This document shows, one piece after another, positions 29,482-41,272 of a stretch of 64,000 bases of DNA. Under the pieces are notes generated by a model. It saw only the letters and a list, made by a program, of their open reading frames with translations. It did not search any database and was not told where the DNA came from. Origin of the DNA: Nitrospirales bacterium (lineage in GTDB: Bacteria > Nitrospirota > Nitrospiria > Nitrospirales > UBA8639). The stretch's first letter is position 1. The number at the start of each line of letters is the position of its first letter. Location of the stretch: NCBI GenBank assembly GCA_965203295.1, contig CBDBCZ010000019.1:1344001-1408000 (forward strand), read 5' to 3'. The position numbers and the translations under genes are program-made.

Positions 29482-32279
29482 TATGAGTGTGATGTGCTCA
29501 TGCCTTGCAGCTGATGTTCACTGCTGGCGAGGAGCTCCAACTCTTGTAAGAGTGACCGGAGTCGCGCTGTTGATTTTTGGATGACCTCAGGGGCGGCTTT
29601 GTTGGCAAAGTCGGGTGAAGCAAGTCGGGCTTTCAACCTGGAGGCTTCTTTGTTTTTGGCTTGTATTTGTTTTCGGATACGATCTATTGATTTTTTGAGA
29701 TCGATCTCTCCTTCTATCTCAATGCCGACGGTTATTCTTCCGTTAACCAGTCTAAGAATATTGGGACTTGTCCAATCATCTTGGTCGGTGAGGGAGACAT
29801 GTCCCTTCGTTAATTGTTCAAGATGAGGCTGCAGTTTTCGAAGCGTGTTACCGTGTTTGGCAATTTTGGTTGTGCCATAGAGCGTGAGCGATTTTGAAGG
29901 GGAATATTCAACAAGGGCTCTTGCAGTGCGGGTGGTGGTGACAAACTGTTTCATTAACTCAAACTCTTCTTCAACCTCTGGGGTAATCAGTGACAGATCA
30001 GCCTTTGGATAAGGTTGAATGACGAGACTGGGGCCTTGATGAGGCAGGGTTTGCCAAATTTCTTCTGTGATAAAAGGCATGAAGGGGTGGAGAATTCGTT
30101 GAAGGATTTCGAAGGTTTCCAGAAGAGTATGTCGAGTGGATGAAGCGTGAGGTGAATCCTCAGATTGTAAAACAGTTTTAACTAACTCGAGATACCAATC
30201 GCAGTATTCATGCCAGAGGAAGTGATACATAGCATTCGCGGCTTGGTCAAAACGATACTCTTCTAAAGAGTCGTTGGCTGATTCAATCACTCGGTTCAGA
30301 CGGCTGAGAATCCATTGATCAGTAAATGAGCGAGACCGTATGGGACATTCCTCTTTGGGGCCATCTGCGTTCAATAAAATGAATCGTGCGGCGTTCCAAA
30401 TTTTATTCGTGAAATTTCGATAGCCTTCAATTCGTTCTTCTGCCAATTTGATATCCCGTCCTGGCGAAGCCATTGAAGCGAGAGTAAACCTCAGCGCATC
30501 GGTGCCGAATTGGGACATTTTGGTTAATGGGTCAATGACATTGCCTTTGGACTTGCTCATTTTCTGCCCTTCAGCATCCCTGACTAGAGCATGAATGTAG
30601 ACATCCTTGAAGGGAGGCTGACCTGTAAACTTCAACCCCATCATGATCATTCGAGCAACCCAAAAAAACAGAATGTCTAGGCCAGTTACAAGAGTCGATG
30701 TGGGATAAAAGGTCTTTAAGTCAGCTGTGTTGTCTGGCCAGCCAAGTGTCGAGAACGGCCAGAGGGCTGAAGAAAACCAGGTATCTAACACATCAGGATC
30801 TTGGAGAAAGCCTGTGCCTCTGCATGTGGGACACGTTTCAGGTTTTGAAGCAGAGACGATGGGAATGGCATGAGAGGTGATGAAACAATTGGAGAATTGA
30901 GTATCTGTTAAGGTCCCATCTTGCGATGTGGTCAAAGCCCCTTGCTTTGATTTGATAAGACTGTCCTTGTTGCAGACTTTGCAATACCAAGCTGGAATAC
31001 GGTGTCCCCACCAAATTTGCCGCGAAACGCACCAATCTTTGATTTGGCGCATCCATCCCATATAGTTGTTGGTCCACCCTTCCGGAATAATTCGAATACG
31101 TCCGGATTCCACCGCTTCGATAGCTGGTTCAGCTAACGGTTGGATTTTTACAAACCATTGCGGTGAAAGATAAGGTTCCACCACGGTCTTACAACGATAG
31201 CATTTGCCTAGCGCCATTTTGTGCTCTTCAACCTCTAGCAAGAGACCTTGCTTCTCAAGAGCTTCGCTCACGAGCGGACGTGCGGTCTGAACGGATTTGT
31301 TTGTGATCGCATCACGTAAGGTCTTTTCTGCTTTGGCATCATCGAGAAGAGAGGAATCCAGCTGGCCGTATTGGTCCAAGATGGGAATTCGTGGTAGCCC
31401 ATGTCGGTTTCCTGCCTCGAAATCATTGAAATCGTGAGCTGGAGTGATTTTGACGGCACCAGTCCCGAATTCACGGTCAACGAGAATAGAGTCACCGACA
31501 ATAGGAATAACTCTTGAGGTCAGCGGCAGACGAACTTGATGACCGATGAGTTGGTTATATCGCGGATCTTCAGGATGCACAGCCACCCCTGTGTCACCAA
31601 GCATGGTTTCAAGACGAGTTGTGGCGACAATCAAAAATCGATTCGGATCGTCGGCCATTGGATAACGAATATGATAGAGTTTCCCATTGATCGATTCGTG
31701 TTCGACTTCGATATCTGATAAAGCTGTGAGGCATCGAGGGCACCAATTGATCAGTCGTTCTCCACGATAGATGAGTTCATCTTTGTACAGACGGAGAAAG
31801 ACTTCAGTCACGGCCTTCGATAAACCCTCGTCCATCGTGAAACGAAGTCGTTCCCAATCACAGGAGGCGCCGAGTTTTTTGAGCTGATCAATGATGGTGT
31901 TTCCTGACTGTTGTTTCCAACACCAAACGTGCTCGATGAACTTCTCTCTCCCGAGTTCTTCCTTGGATTTTCCCTCCGCTGCGAGATTTCGCTCGACGAC
32001 ATTTTGAGTGGCAATTCCAGCATGGTCTGTCCCCGGGAGCCAGAGCGTATTAAGGCCTTGCATGCGTCGCCAGCGGACAAGAATATCTTGCAAGGTATTG
32101 TTCAGGGCATGACCGATATGAAGGGATCCTGTGACGTTAGGTGGTGGAATGACAATGGTATAAGCCGTCCCTGGGGTATCAGCGCGAGGAGAAAAATACC
32201 CTTGCTCGATCCAAAATTTGGACCATCGAGCTTCAACCTGATGGGGGCTATAAACTTTGTCCAATTGGAGGTTAGACAT
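29481..32279 (-). CDS. valS: Valine--tRNA ligase
   Basis: PPPNVTGSLHIGH, DWCVSRQIWWGH, KMSKS. Confidence 0.99.
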   Translation of the reverse strand: MSNLQLDKVYSPHQVEARWSKFWIEQGYFSPRADTPGTAYTIVIPPPNVTGSLHIGHALNNTLQDILVRWRRMQGLNTLWLPGTDHAGIATQNVVERNLAAEGKSKEELGREKFIEHVWCWKQQSGNTIIDQLKKLGASCDWERLRFTMDEGLSKAVTEVFLRLYKDELIYRGERLINWCPRCLTALSDIEVEHESINGKLYHIRYPMADDPNRFLIVATTRLETMLGDTGVAVHPEDPRYNQLIGHQVRLPLTSRVIPIVGDSILVDREFGTGAVKITPAHDFNDFEAGNRHGLPRIPILDQYGQLDSSLLDDAKAEKTLRDAITNKSVQTARPLVSEALEKQGLLLEVEEHKMALGKCYRCKTVVEPYLSPQWFVKIQPLAEPAIEAVESGRIRIIPEGWTNNYMGWMRQIKDWCVSRQIWWGHRIPAWYCKVCNKDSLIKSKQGALTTSQDGTLTDTQFSNCFITSHAIPIVSASKPETCPTCRGTGFLQDPDVLDTWFSSALWPFSTLGWPDNTADLKTFYPTSTLVTGLDILFFWVARMIMMGLKFTGQPPFKDVYIHALVRDAEGQKMSKSKGNVIDPLTKMSQFGTDALRFTLASMASPGRDIKLAEERIEGYRNFTNKIWNAARFILLNADGPKEECPIRSRSFTDQWILSRLNRVIESANDSLEEYRFDQAANAMYHFLWHEYCDWYLELVKTVLQSEDSPHASSTRHTLLETFEILQRILHPFMPFITEEIWQTLPHQGPSLVIQPYPKADLSLITPEVEEEFELMKQFVTTTRTARALVEYSPSKSLTLYGTTKIAKHGNTLRKLQPHLEQLTKGHVSLTDQDDWTSPNILRLVNGRITVGIEIEGEIDLKKSIDRIRKQIQAKNKEASRLKARLASPDFANKAAPEVIQKSTARLRSLLQELELLASSEHQLQGMSTSHS

Positions 32280-32471
32280 AAGGGAATAGATGCAAGGTAA
32301 GGAAGTGGATCATAGCATGCAGGGTACCCCCTCGCAACTTCTGATCGCCTTGTGCTTCAAAGGAAAGATGTGTTACAAAGCGCCTACGCAATCAGGAAAA
32401 TGTGGATGAAGGTGTCAAATTTGATTCGTCAATTCATCATCAATATTCAGTAATTTTTTAGAGGGAACTAC

Positions 32472-32582
32472 ATGCCAAAAGGACGAGAGAAGGATCGAGA
32501 GCTTCGCCGAAAACACCGAAAAAATCATAAACGACTGAAAGAGTTAGAACGTGCGAGACGACGTTCAGGTGCTAAAAAGTAA
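32472..32582 (+). CDS. 36-aa highly basic small protein (below the ORF-track cutoff)
   Basis: GAGGG SD-like motif, then MPKGREKDRELRRKHRKNHKRLKELERARRRSGAKK*. Confidence 0.7.
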   Translation: MPKGREKDRELRRKHRKNHKRLKELERARRRSGAKK

Positions 32583-32714
32583 AAGTCTCATCTTCTCCTG
32601 AATTACACCCTCCTTCCTGCAAATTCTTTCCCTTCCTGTTGTCTGTATATCTCGTGGTGGAGACGAATAGAAAGACAAGCATGTGAAGTTTCTCGGTAGA
32701 AATGTGATCAGTAC

Positions 32715-33488
32715 ATGTTTTGTTCAACTAGACCAGTCACCCAAAAATCAAAAGATTCTTCCAAAGTGAATTCCTCGAAACGAGTGATATTTTTTGATGC
32801 TGCGGGAACGCTTTTTCATGTGAAAGGCTCCGTTGGAGAGGTCTATCTTCACTATGCTCGAAAATACGGTTATCCATTCACACTTGAACGGCTGTTAGAA
32901 GTTAATGCGGCGTTCAAAGAGGCACTTGTGGAAGCCCCACCACCAATATTCGCCGTTGACCAACCAGAAAAATTGAAGCGATGCGAGCGGCTTTGGTGGT
33001 TTGATATCGTTCATGCCGTGTTTTACCGTGTCGGTATGTTCGAAAAGTTTGATGACTATTTTGATGAAGTGTTTGAAGCTTTTGGCCGAGGAGAGCTATG
33101 GGAAGTATTCCCAGACACTCTAGGGGTTCTTGAGCAACTTAAACATGATGGGTTTGAACTTGGCGTGATTTCTAATTTTGATACGCGGTTTTTTGGGATT
33201 CTTCGTGAGTTGGGGTTGATGTCATACTTTGACTCCATCACGATCTCCAGCTTAGCAGGATCGACCAAACCTTCTCCAAAGATTTTTCAGTATGCCCTTG
33301 ATCAACATGCCCTTGATCCCGAAGAGGCGGTTCATGTTGGTGATAGTCGAACGGAAGATCTGGAAGGAGCTCAGATGTCCAAGATAACAGGAGTATTGCT
33401 TGATCGTGGCAAAAGGCAGCAAGGATCCAAGGAAAACTGGATGATTAGCTCATTGCATGAGCTTCAAGGAGTATTGTCGAAACTTTAA
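32715..33488 (+). CDS. HAD-superfamily hydrolase (subfamily IA, REG-2-like)
   Basis: FFDAAGTL, ISNFD, KPSPKIF, HVGDS..D..GA; the true start may be GTG 32766. Confidence 0.9.
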   Translation: MFCSTRPVTQKSKDSSKVNSSKRVIFFDAAGTLFHVKGSVGEVYLHYARKYGYPFTLERLLEVNAAFKEALVEAPPPIFAVDQPEKLKRCERLWWFDIVHAVFYRVGMFEKFDDYFDEVFEAFGRGELWEVFPDTLGVLEQLKHDGFELGVISNFDTRFFGILRELGLMSYFDSITISSLAGSTKPSPKIFQYALDQHALDPEEAVHVGDSRTEDLEGAQMSKITGVLLDRGKRQQGSKENWMISSLHELQGVLSKL

Positions 33489-33792
33489 GAACGAAATTTT
33501 GGTTAACGAATCCTAATGAGAAAGATAAGCCGAAGGACATGAAAGCACCTCTGTCTCCAATTCCAAAATGATGCGTCATCATTCGAAGAGAGAGCTCAAG
33601 AACTTCACCGAACTTCTTTGCCTCCGTGAAGGCCTCACCTTGACTTCTTTTTTGAGCGCTTGTTATTCTTCTTTTTCTAAGTATCCGATTTTATTTGAAA
33701 AATTTTGAATATGACACATCGTTTTCTTATCTGTTTGCAAGCGGGAACATTTAGCGATTACGTGATTTAGTGGATTTTTTAAGGAGTAATGT

Positions 33793-36756
33793 ATGAGGTT
33801 CTGGGACTTGATGAATTCTTTTGAATTTTATCGACGAAATCTGCTTTCTGTTTCCAGTACAGAAGAAGACTGGGGTGCTGGTGAACTATCTGGGGAGGAG
33901 GAAACCCTTCCGCCTGCCCCAACTGGGCTCAAAGCTGTGCCGGGGAATGGCTTCATTACACTCAGTTGGGAACCTGTTCCCGATGCGATGTATTACAACC
34001 TGTATTATCAGTCAACCAAGGGTGTCATGATAAAGCCCTGTGAGTTGGCCCGTCCCATCGCAAGCCAAGAAGACTTCAATCCTGTGATTGGGGTAACTAA
34101 GGAAAAGGGCAGTTGCATTGAAGGTCCCTCAAGTCCCTATGTCCATAATGACTTAGCCAATGGGTCATGCTACCACTATGTTGTCACGGTTGTCACGAAA
34201 GACGGGGAAAGTCCTGAATCGGAAGAGGCGATGTCCATCCCATCCCCGTATCTCCCAGTTATGCAATTCGGGGAAGAGGGGATTGATGATGGGGAATTTA
34301 AGTCGCCCACGGGGATTGCGCTGGATAGTGAAGGCAATATTTATGTCGCCGATACGGACAATCATTCAATACAAAAGTTCGACAAAGACGGAAAATTTAT
34401 TGGGCGATGGGGTGGAGATCCAGATTCAGAAGAGGGCTTTTTTTATTATCCTCGCGGATTGGCGACTTCTCCGGACGGGTTTGTGCTTGTTGCTGATAGT
34501 GGGAACAATCGCGTCCAAAAGTTTGATCCTGATGGAAATTTTGTTCACGCGTGGGGCAAATTCGGCTTTGCCTGGCGTGGCGCCGAAGCTGGAAAGTTCG
34601 ATGTACCATGGGGTGTGACAACGGATAGTCAGGGGAATTTGTATATCTCTGATACAAGCAACGCGAGAGTACAGAAATTCCAACCTGATGGAACCCCCCT
34701 TATTAAATGGGGCAGAGATGGGAGTTTTGACGGGGCGTTCTTTTACCCGAGGGGTCTTGCGGTCGATTTTACGGGAAATATATATGTGGCGGATGAAGGG
34801 AATCATCGGATTCAAAAATTTGATCCTCGCGGCAATTTTTTGACCAAGTGGGGGAGAGAAGGCAATGCTCCTGGTCAGTTTAAATCTCCGTGGGGAGTGG
34901 CCTGTGATGCCTTAGGGAATGTGTTTGTGGTGGATAGTGGAAACCACCGTATTCAAAAGTTTGATGGGAATGGCACATACCTCTGTTCTTGTGGAAATCG
35001 TGGAGTGACTGAAGCTCAGGTGAATTATCCCACTGGAATTGTTGTTGATAAAGAAGGATATGTGTATATCGTCGATAGTGGCAATAATCGCATTGTCAAA
35101 TTTGCTCCAACTGAAGAAGAGTTAAATCGCGGGCGAGAGCAAGCGGAAAAGACCAAAGTCATGGAAAAAGCAGAAGGCCTTCTTCTCACGAATCTGGCTG
35201 TTAAACCTGGAGACTCTGAAGCCATTCTCAGTTGGTTAGACGTGCCAGGGGCCTTTGCCTATAACTTGTATTTCGGGACCGATCCTGGGTTAACCGTTCA
35301 AACTTCCACAAAAATTGAAGGTATCACCAGTCCTTATGCCCATACGGGCCTCACCAATAATGCGTCATATTATTATGCTCTAACCTGTGTTGATGAAAAT
35401 GAAGTTGAAGGCCCTCTGTCTGAGGAACAAACTGTGGTCCCGGTTTTAATTGATTTAGCGGCTCCACAAAATCCAGATCTCGTGTTAAATCACGGGGCTT
35501 ATATGACCAACTCTCTGGATGTCGTAGCGACGATTTCGGCTAAAGATATGGATACTGGGGTAACCGGGTATTTTATCTCCGAAAATCCTCTGACTCCCAG
35601 TGTGACTCTTCCGGGCTGGATTGACGTGGAACCTGAGCATCGGTTCGGCGCCACAATTCCCTTCACATTGTCTCCTGGTGATGGAACGAAAACGGTCTAT
35701 ATCTGGTTTAAAGACGCTGGAAATAATATTTCTGTGCCTGCTAGTGACTCCCTTCTTCTTAATACCTCAGGATATGTATGTACGGGAAAATGGGGACAGG
35801 CCGGAAGGGGAGCGTCTTTCCTTCATGGGGGCGAGTTCATGAGTCCCTTATATGGATTGACCATTGATCGACAAGGTTCGATTTTCGTGGTTGACAATGG
35901 AAATAACCGTATTCAAAAGTTTGAGCGCAATGGAAATTTTATTTTGTTGTGGGGAAATTTCGGGATTTCCAATAGCAATTTCAATAATCCCACTGGCCTA
36001 GCCTGTGACGCCAAAGGGGATATCTATGTTGCGGATACCAATAATCATCGGGTTCAGAAATTTGATGGAAAACTTGGACACTACCTTATGAAGTTTGGTG
36101 GAAGAGGCAATGGGGAAGGCCAGTTTAATGCACCCTGGGGGATAACGGTGGACCGTGTCCGAGGTTATATTTATGTAGTCGATAGTGCCAATTTCCGTAT
36201 CCAAAAGTTCGATCAGCATGGTGAATTCATCATGCAATGGGGAAGTTTTGGAAACAATGATGGACAGTTTTATTTTGCTCGAGGGATTGCCGTGGATGAG
36301 GCTGATGGAATGGTCTATGTGGTTGATATGGGTAACCACCGCGTTCAAAAATTTGATACGAGTACGAATGTGCTTCCTCAATTAGTCGGAAAGTGGGGTG
36401 GAGAAATCGGCGCTGGCCATGCCAGTAGCGCGTTAGCTCAGGAGCCCGGACAGTTCCGATCACCATGGGGTGTTGCTGTTGATGAAAACGGCGATGTGTT
36501 TGTGACGGACACGGGGAATCAACGGATCCAAAAGTTTGATCGTGAAGGGAACTTTATTACCCAATGGGGTGGTTTTGGAAATGGAGAAGGACAATTTAAC
36601 TTCCCCTATGGGATTGCGGTAGATACAAGGGGAACAGTCTTTGCTGTCGATAGCGGAAACATGCGGATTCAGCAATTTACTCCAGCTGAGGAAGCTGAAG
36701 ACCATCTCAAAGAGGAAGCTGATGCTCTTGCCCTTCCAGAGGGTGTGGATCAATAG
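33793..36756 (+). CDS. NHL-repeat/fibronectin type III protein (two 6-blade NHL propellers)
   Basis: 12 counted F..P.G.A.D..G.IYV.D.GN.RIQKF-type repeats in two blocks of six, plus two FN3-like segments. Confidence 0.9.
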   Translation: MRFWDLMNSFEFYRRNLLSVSSTEEDWGAGELSGEEETLPPAPTGLKAVPGNGFITLSWEPVPDAMYYNLYYQSTKGVMIKPCELARPIASQEDFNPVIGVTKEKGSCIEGPSSPYVHNDLANGSCYHYVVTVVTKDGESPESEEAMSIPSPYLPVMQFGEEGIDDGEFKSPTGIALDSEGNIYVADTDNHSIQKFDKDGKFIGRWGGDPDSEEGFFYYPRGLATSPDGFVLVADSGNNRVQKFDPDGNFVHAWGKFGFAWRGAEAGKFDVPWGVTTDSQGNLYISDTSNARVQKFQPDGTPLIKWGRDGSFDGAFFYPRGLAVDFTGNIYVADEGNHRIQKFDPRGNFLTKWGREGNAPGQFKSPWGVACDALGNVFVVDSGNHRIQKFDGNGTYLCSCGNRGVTEAQVNYPTGIVVDKEGYVYIVDSGNNRIVKFAPTEEELNRGREQAEKTKVMEKAEGLLLTNLAVKPGDSEAILSWLDVPGAFAYNLYFGTDPGLTVQTSTKIEGITSPYAHTGLTNNASYYYALTCVDENEVEGPLSEEQTVVPVLIDLAAPQNPDLVLNHGAYMTNSLDVVATISAKDMDTGVTGYFISENPLTPSVTLPGWIDVEPEHRFGATIPFTLSPGDGTKTVYIWFKDAGNNISVPASDSLLLNTSGYVCTGKWGQAGRGASFLHGGEFMSPLYGLTIDRQGSIFVVDNGNNRIQKFERNGNFILLWGNFGISNSNFNNPTGLACDAKGDIYVADTNNHRVQKFDGKLGHYLMKFGGRGNGEGQFNAPWGITVDRVRGYIYVVDSANFRIQKFDQHGEFIMQWGSFGNNDGQFYFARGIAVDEADGMVYVVDMGNHRVQKFDTSTNVLPQLVGKWGGEIGAGHASSALAQEPGQFRSPWGVAVDENGDVFVTDTGNQRIQKFDREGNFITQWGGFGNGEGQFNFPYGIAVDTRGTVFAVDSGNMRIQQFTPAEEAEDHLKEEADALALPEGVDQ

Positions 36757-37110
36757 GCTTTGCTGCCAGAAAGCTTGAAGGCTCTTTTCAGACCTGAAAG
36801 ATTCAACCCCTTCTCTGTATTGATCGTCTGATGAAATCCTAGCCTTTTCTTGCGAACGATGGATTTCCAGAATTTTCATTTGAGTTGAAAACTTTCCGAG
36901 AACGCTGAACGACGAGCTTTTCTTGGCCACCAGCCAATGGTTGACAGTCAATCAACGCTGCCGATTTTTTTCTCAATATTGCTAATCTGAAGAATCTCCT
37001 GGATGCATAGTCAGTATCCCTATTTTTCTTTTCTCCTTTTTTCTGTTCCCCATTTGCGGGAAAAAGGGCCGTGGCGTTTAGGTCTCGCATAGAGCTAGCA
37101 AGAGTCCACC

Positions 37111-38574
37111 ATGTTTGAATCCATGAGAATTGGTCTTACGTTTGATGATGTCGTGTTAGTTCCGGCCAAGTCTGAAGTGCTTCCGGCTGAAGTAGACACC
37201 CAAACCTTTTTGACCAAGAACATTAAATTAAACATTCCTTTGCTCAGTGCTGCGATGGATACGGTGACTGAGGGTCGATTAGCCATTGCTCTGGCACGTG
37301 AAGGAGGCCTTGGGATTATTCATCGCGCTATTTCACCAGAAGCTCAGGCGATAGAGGTCGATAAAGTGAAGAAATCCGAGAGCGGAATGATCTTGGATCC
37401 TATCACCATTTCACCCCACCAGACCATTCGTGAAGCATTACAGATTATGGCGTCCTACCGTATTTCCGGCATACCTGTGACAAATGGGAAAAAACTCGTG
37501 GGCATTCTGACTAACCGTGACCTTCGATTTGAAAGCCGGATGGATCTCAAAGTGTCACAGGTGATGACCGGTGGGAAGTTAGTGACCGTGCCTGAAGGGA
37601 CAAATTTGGCAAAAGCCAGAGAAATTCTCCACGAGCATCGTATCGAGAAATTGCCGGTTGTGAACGAGGAATTAGAACTTAAGGGACTCATCACGATCAA
37701 AGACATCCAAAAACAGATCAAATATCCTTTTGCGTGTAAGGATGAACATGGGCGGCTCAGAGTTGGAGCGGCTGTTGGCGTGGCGAATGACCTTGAAGAG
37801 CAGATGGACCGGCTCGTGAATGCTGGAGTCGATGTGATGGTGGTTGATACCGCTCATGGGCATTCTCAAGCTGTTGTTGATGCGGTGAAGACCATTAAAC
37901 GACAGCATCCGTCATTGGACGTGATTGCAGGAAATATCGCCACTGCCGAAGCAGCCAAAGACTTGATGGATAGTGGGGTCGATGCTGTGAAAGTGGGTGT
38001 GGGCCCTGGTTCGATTTGTACGACACGCGTTGTTTCTGGGACAGGAGTTCCTCAGTTGACGGCCATTGCCGATTGCGCCGGAATATTGAAAGACACCGGT
38101 ATCCCAATTATTGCTGATGGAGGGATCAAGTATTCTGGGGATATTAGTAAAGCATTAGCGATTGGAGCTTCGGCAGTCATGATTGGGTCCCTTTTTGCTG
38201 GATCGGAAGAGTCTCCTGGAGAAACGGTGTTGTATCAGGGGCGAACCTATAAAGAGTACCGGGGTATGGGTTCCATAGGAGCCTTGGAACGTGGCGGGAA
38301 GGACCGTTATAAGCAAGCTGGGCGGGCAACCAACAAGCTCGTGCCAGAAGGGATTGAAGCTCGAGTTCCCTTTAAGGGTTCATTGTCTGGATTGGTGTAT
38401 CAACTGATAGGTGGCTTAAAAGCCGGAATGGGGTATTGTGGGTGCCGTTCAATACCCGATTTGCAAAAGCATGCGAAATTTATTCGGTTGACCCAGGCTG
38501 GTCTTCGTGAGAGTCATGTTCACGATGTTGTGATCACTAAGGAGGCTCCCAACTACGGGACTGATGTCGAGTAA
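37111..38574 (+). CDS. guaB: IMP dehydrogenase
   Basis: [27 protein letters not shown] pair. Confidence 0.99.
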   Translation: MFESMRIGLTFDDVVLVPAKSEVLPAEVDTQTFLTKNIKLNIPLLSAAMDTVTEGRLAIALAREGGLGIIHRAISPEAQAIEVDKVKKSESGMILDPITISPHQTIREALQIMASYRISGIPVTNGKKLVGILTNRDLRFESRMDLKVSQVMTGGKLVTVPEGTNLAKAREILHEHRIEKLPVVNEELELKGLITIKDIQKQIKYPFACKDEHGRLRVGAAVGVANDLEEQMDRLVNAGVDVMVVDTAHGHSQAVVDAVKTIKRQHPSLDVIAGNIATAEAAKDLMDSGVDAVKVGVGPGSICTTRVVSGTGVPQLTAIADCAGILKDTGIPIIADGGIKYSGDISKALAIGASAVMIGSLFAGSEESPGETVLYQGRTYKEYRGMGSIGALERGGKDRYKQAGRATNKLVPEGIEARVPFKGSLSGLVYQLIGGLKAGMGYCGCRSIPDLQKHAKFIRLTQAGLRESHVHDVVITKEAPNYGTDVE

Positions 38575-38628
38575 TCATCGGTTCCTTTCGAACAGGACGT
38601 CAAGTGAATTGTGAAAGTCCAGCCAAAG

Positions 38629-40185
38629 ATGGAGTTCTGTCACGATAGTATCGTTATCCTCGATTTTGGATCTCAATATACACAGCTCATTGCCCGCCGT
38701 ATTCGTGAAACACAAGTCTATTCTGTAATCCTCCCAGCCTCCACGTCCTTCGCACGTATTCGCCAACATCATCCCAAAGGCCTCATCCTTTCCGGAGGGC
38801 CAGCCAGCGTCACGGATGCGATCAACCCTGAATGGTCCGCTGCCCTTTTTACTGAAGGTATACCGATCTTGGGGATTTGTTACGGAATGCAGCTTGTGGC
38901 GCATACGTTGGGTGGCGAAGTGGGCAAAGCCCAAAGGCGGGAATTTGGACGTGCAGAACTTCAAGTCAACGATGCAACGGATCTCTTTAAGGGTCTGAAC
39001 GTGAATCAAACCTTCCCAGTATGGATGTCCCATAGTGATCGGATTGAAGCGATGCCCTCAGGTTTTTCCGTGATGGCTGAAACTCCCAATTCGCCCATTG
39101 CCGCGATGAAATCCGTCAAGTCGGGACGACAAGTCTTTTGCCTCCAGTTTCATCCAGAAGTTGCGCATACGTCACATGGCACAACGATTCTTCGCAATTT
39201 TGTCCATGAAATTTGTCGATGTCGACCAACATGGACAATGGGATCTTTTGTCAAACACACAGTCGATGAAATCCGAAATCAAGTAGGGGATCAACACGTC
39301 ATTTGTGCGCTGAGTGGAGGAGTCGACTCGTCGGTTGCCGCCGCTCTGACATACGAGGCGATTGGGAGTCAGTTGACTTGTCTCTTTATTGACAATGGAT
39401 TACTTCGAAAAGACGAGGCTGTTACACTCGAAAAGATGTTTTCCCTGTATCATGATTTTCATTTTCGCATTCTTGATCATGCTGAAGAGTTTCTACAGGG
39501 GTTAGCTCGTGTGACGGACCCTGAGAAAAAGCGAAAAATCATTGGCAGGCAATTTATCAAGGTCTTTGAATCAGAAGCCCAGAAGATCGGTAAAGTGGAT
39601 TATCTCGTCCAGGGGACCCTCTATCCTGATGTCATTGAAAGTGTGAGTTCTAAAGGACCTTCGGCCACTATTAAAACACATCACAATGTCGGGGGACTCC
39701 CTAAAAAAATGAAATTGAAACTAATTGAGCCACTTCGAGAATTATTCAAAGATGAAGTTCGAAAAGTAGGAAAGGAATTGGGATTGCCCGCTGAGATGAT
39801 CCGCCGACATCCCTTTCCTGGTCCGGGATTAGCTATTCGGATTTTAGGGAGCGTGACTCGTGAACGCTTGGCCATCCTACGCGAGGCTGACGCGATTGTT
39901 GTTGAGGAGATTAGAGCTTTTGGCCTCTATGACGATATTTGGCAAGCGTTCGCAGTCCTTCTGCCGATTCGAACCGTTGGAGTGATGGGGGACAAACGGA
40001 CGTATGAAAATGTGATCGCCTTTCGGGTGGTGACCAGCGTAGATGGGATGACGGCTGATTGGGCCAAGTTACCCACAGAACTTCTTGAACGAATTTCCAA
40101 CCGCATTATCAATGAGGTTCAGGGAGTCAACCGGGTGGTGTATGACGTGAGCTCAAAACCACCAGGCACGATTGAATGGGAATGA
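38629..40185 (+). CDS. guaA: GMP synthase (glutamine-hydrolysing)
   Basis: [42 protein letters not shown]. Confidence 0.99.
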   Translation: MEFCHDSIVILDFGSQYTQLIARRIRETQVYSVILPASTSFARIRQHHPKGLILSGGPASVTDAINPEWSAALFTEGIPILGICYGMQLVAHTLGGEVGKAQRREFGRAELQVNDATDLFKGLNVNQTFPVWMSHSDRIEAMPSGFSVMAETPNSPIAAMKSVKSGRQVFCLQFHPEVAHTSHGTTILRNFVHEICRCRPTWTMGSFVKHTVDEIRNQVGDQHVICALSGGVDSSVAAALTYEAIGSQLTCLFIDNGLLRKDEAVTLEKMFSLYHDFHFRILDHAEEFLQGLARVTDPEKKRKIIGRQFIKVFESEAQKIGKVDYLVQGTLYPDVIESVSSKGPSATIKTHHNVGGLPKKMKLKLIEPLRELFKDEVRKVGKELGLPAEMIRRHPFPGPGLAIRILGSVTRERLAILREADAIVVEEIRAFGLYDDIWQAFAVLLPIRTVGVMGDKRTYENVIAFRVVTSVDGMTADWAKLPTELLERISNRIINEVQGVNRVVYDVSSKPPGTIEWE

Positions 40186-40199
40186 ATTAAGGTCATCCG

Positions 40200-41159
40200 A
40201 TGGAGATACGGCTTCAAAAACTCATTGCCGCGAGTGGACTGGCATCCAGACGTAAGGCCGAAGAGCTCATTCGTGAAGGCCATGTGAGGGTGAATGGGCA
40301 AGTGGTTCGGGAAATAGGGACACGTGCGAATCCAGACAAAGATCATGTCAAGGTCAATGGACGACGAATAAAAGTTAATATTCCCGAGGTGTTTGTCATT
40401 TTGAATAAACCGCCTGGGTATGTCACAAGCACTCATGACCCTTTGGAACGGCCTACGGTCTATGATCTGTTGGGCCGAGTGAAAGTTCGAGTATTTCCCG
40501 TGGGACGCTTAGATTTTGATAGTGAGGGTCTGTTGTTGTTGACGAATAATGGTCGGGTGGCCCAAGCCTGTCTTCATCCCAAATTTCATGTGACCAAAAC
40601 CTATCTTGTCAAAGTTTCCGGGGTGTTACTGGATGAAGAAATCAAGAGGTTAGAAAAAGGTGTGGTGTTGGATGATGGGCCGACTGGTCCTACGATCATA
40701 AAAAAATCTGGAAAGGCCAAAGTGAACTCATGGATTGAAATGACGATTCATGAGGGACGGACCAGGCAGATAAAACGCATGATCGAAGCTGTTGGGCATC
40801 GTGTGGCACGCCTTAGGCGCATGCGATTTGGGCCATTACATCTTGGAGACCTCTCTTTGGGATCTTTCCGATATGCCACAGACTCTGAAGCCAATGCACT
40901 GAGACAGGTTCTTGAACGTCGTCCTCGAACGGTTTCACGGAAGGCGGAACAAACGTTTCAGGTGAAAGAAAAACGACATCTACCTGAACGTAAGACAGGA
41001 TACACTCCTCCGGCCAATTTGAAACCAAGAGCCTCAAAAAGTAGGAGCCCCAAAACCGAAAGCCCAAAAACTGGGCACATGCGTGGGACAAGACCCTCGC
41101 CTCAATCGAAACGCGGACCACATGGCACTTCAAAGGGGTCCCGTCCATCTTATTCCTAA
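40200..41159 (+). CDS. rluB: RsuA/RluB-family rRNA pseudouridine synthase with a basic C-terminal tail
   Basis: S4 domain RLQKLIA...SRRKAEE, GRLDFDSEGLLLLTN, EGRTRQIKRM. Confidence 0.85.
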   Translation: MEIRLQKLIAASGLASRRKAEELIREGHVRVNGQVVREIGTRANPDKDHVKVNGRRIKVNIPEVFVILNKPPGYVTSTHDPLERPTVYDLLGRVKVRVFPVGRLDFDSEGLLLLTNNGRVAQACLHPKFHVTKTYLVKVSGVLLDEEIKRLEKGVVLDDGPTGPTIIKKSGKAKVNSWIEMTIHEGRTRQIKRMIEAVGHRVARLRRMRFGPLHLGDLSLGSFRYATDSEANALRQVLERRPRTVSRKAEQTFQVKEKRHLPERKTGYTPPANLKPRASKSRSPKTESPKTGHMRGTRPSPQSKRGPHGTSKGSRPSYS

Positions 41160-41272
41160 GAGTTCTGTCAAGGAAACGCGCATGTTGCAGGACCTCATAT
41201 GAGAAAAAATGATTCATGAAATCTCACTCAAATAGGGACGGGTTAAAAACGGGAGGGTGTTGAGTTTTGCGT

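Noticed and set aside
30850..30980. Insertion in ValS between the two CxxC pairs as an intein
   Set aside because: It is only ~35 aa, has no intein terminal motifs and lies in a variable loop.
34260..36680. CRISPR-like or tandem DNA repeats
   Set aside because: The periodicity comes from NHL protein repeats with degenerate codons. No CRISPR array was seen anywhere in the window.
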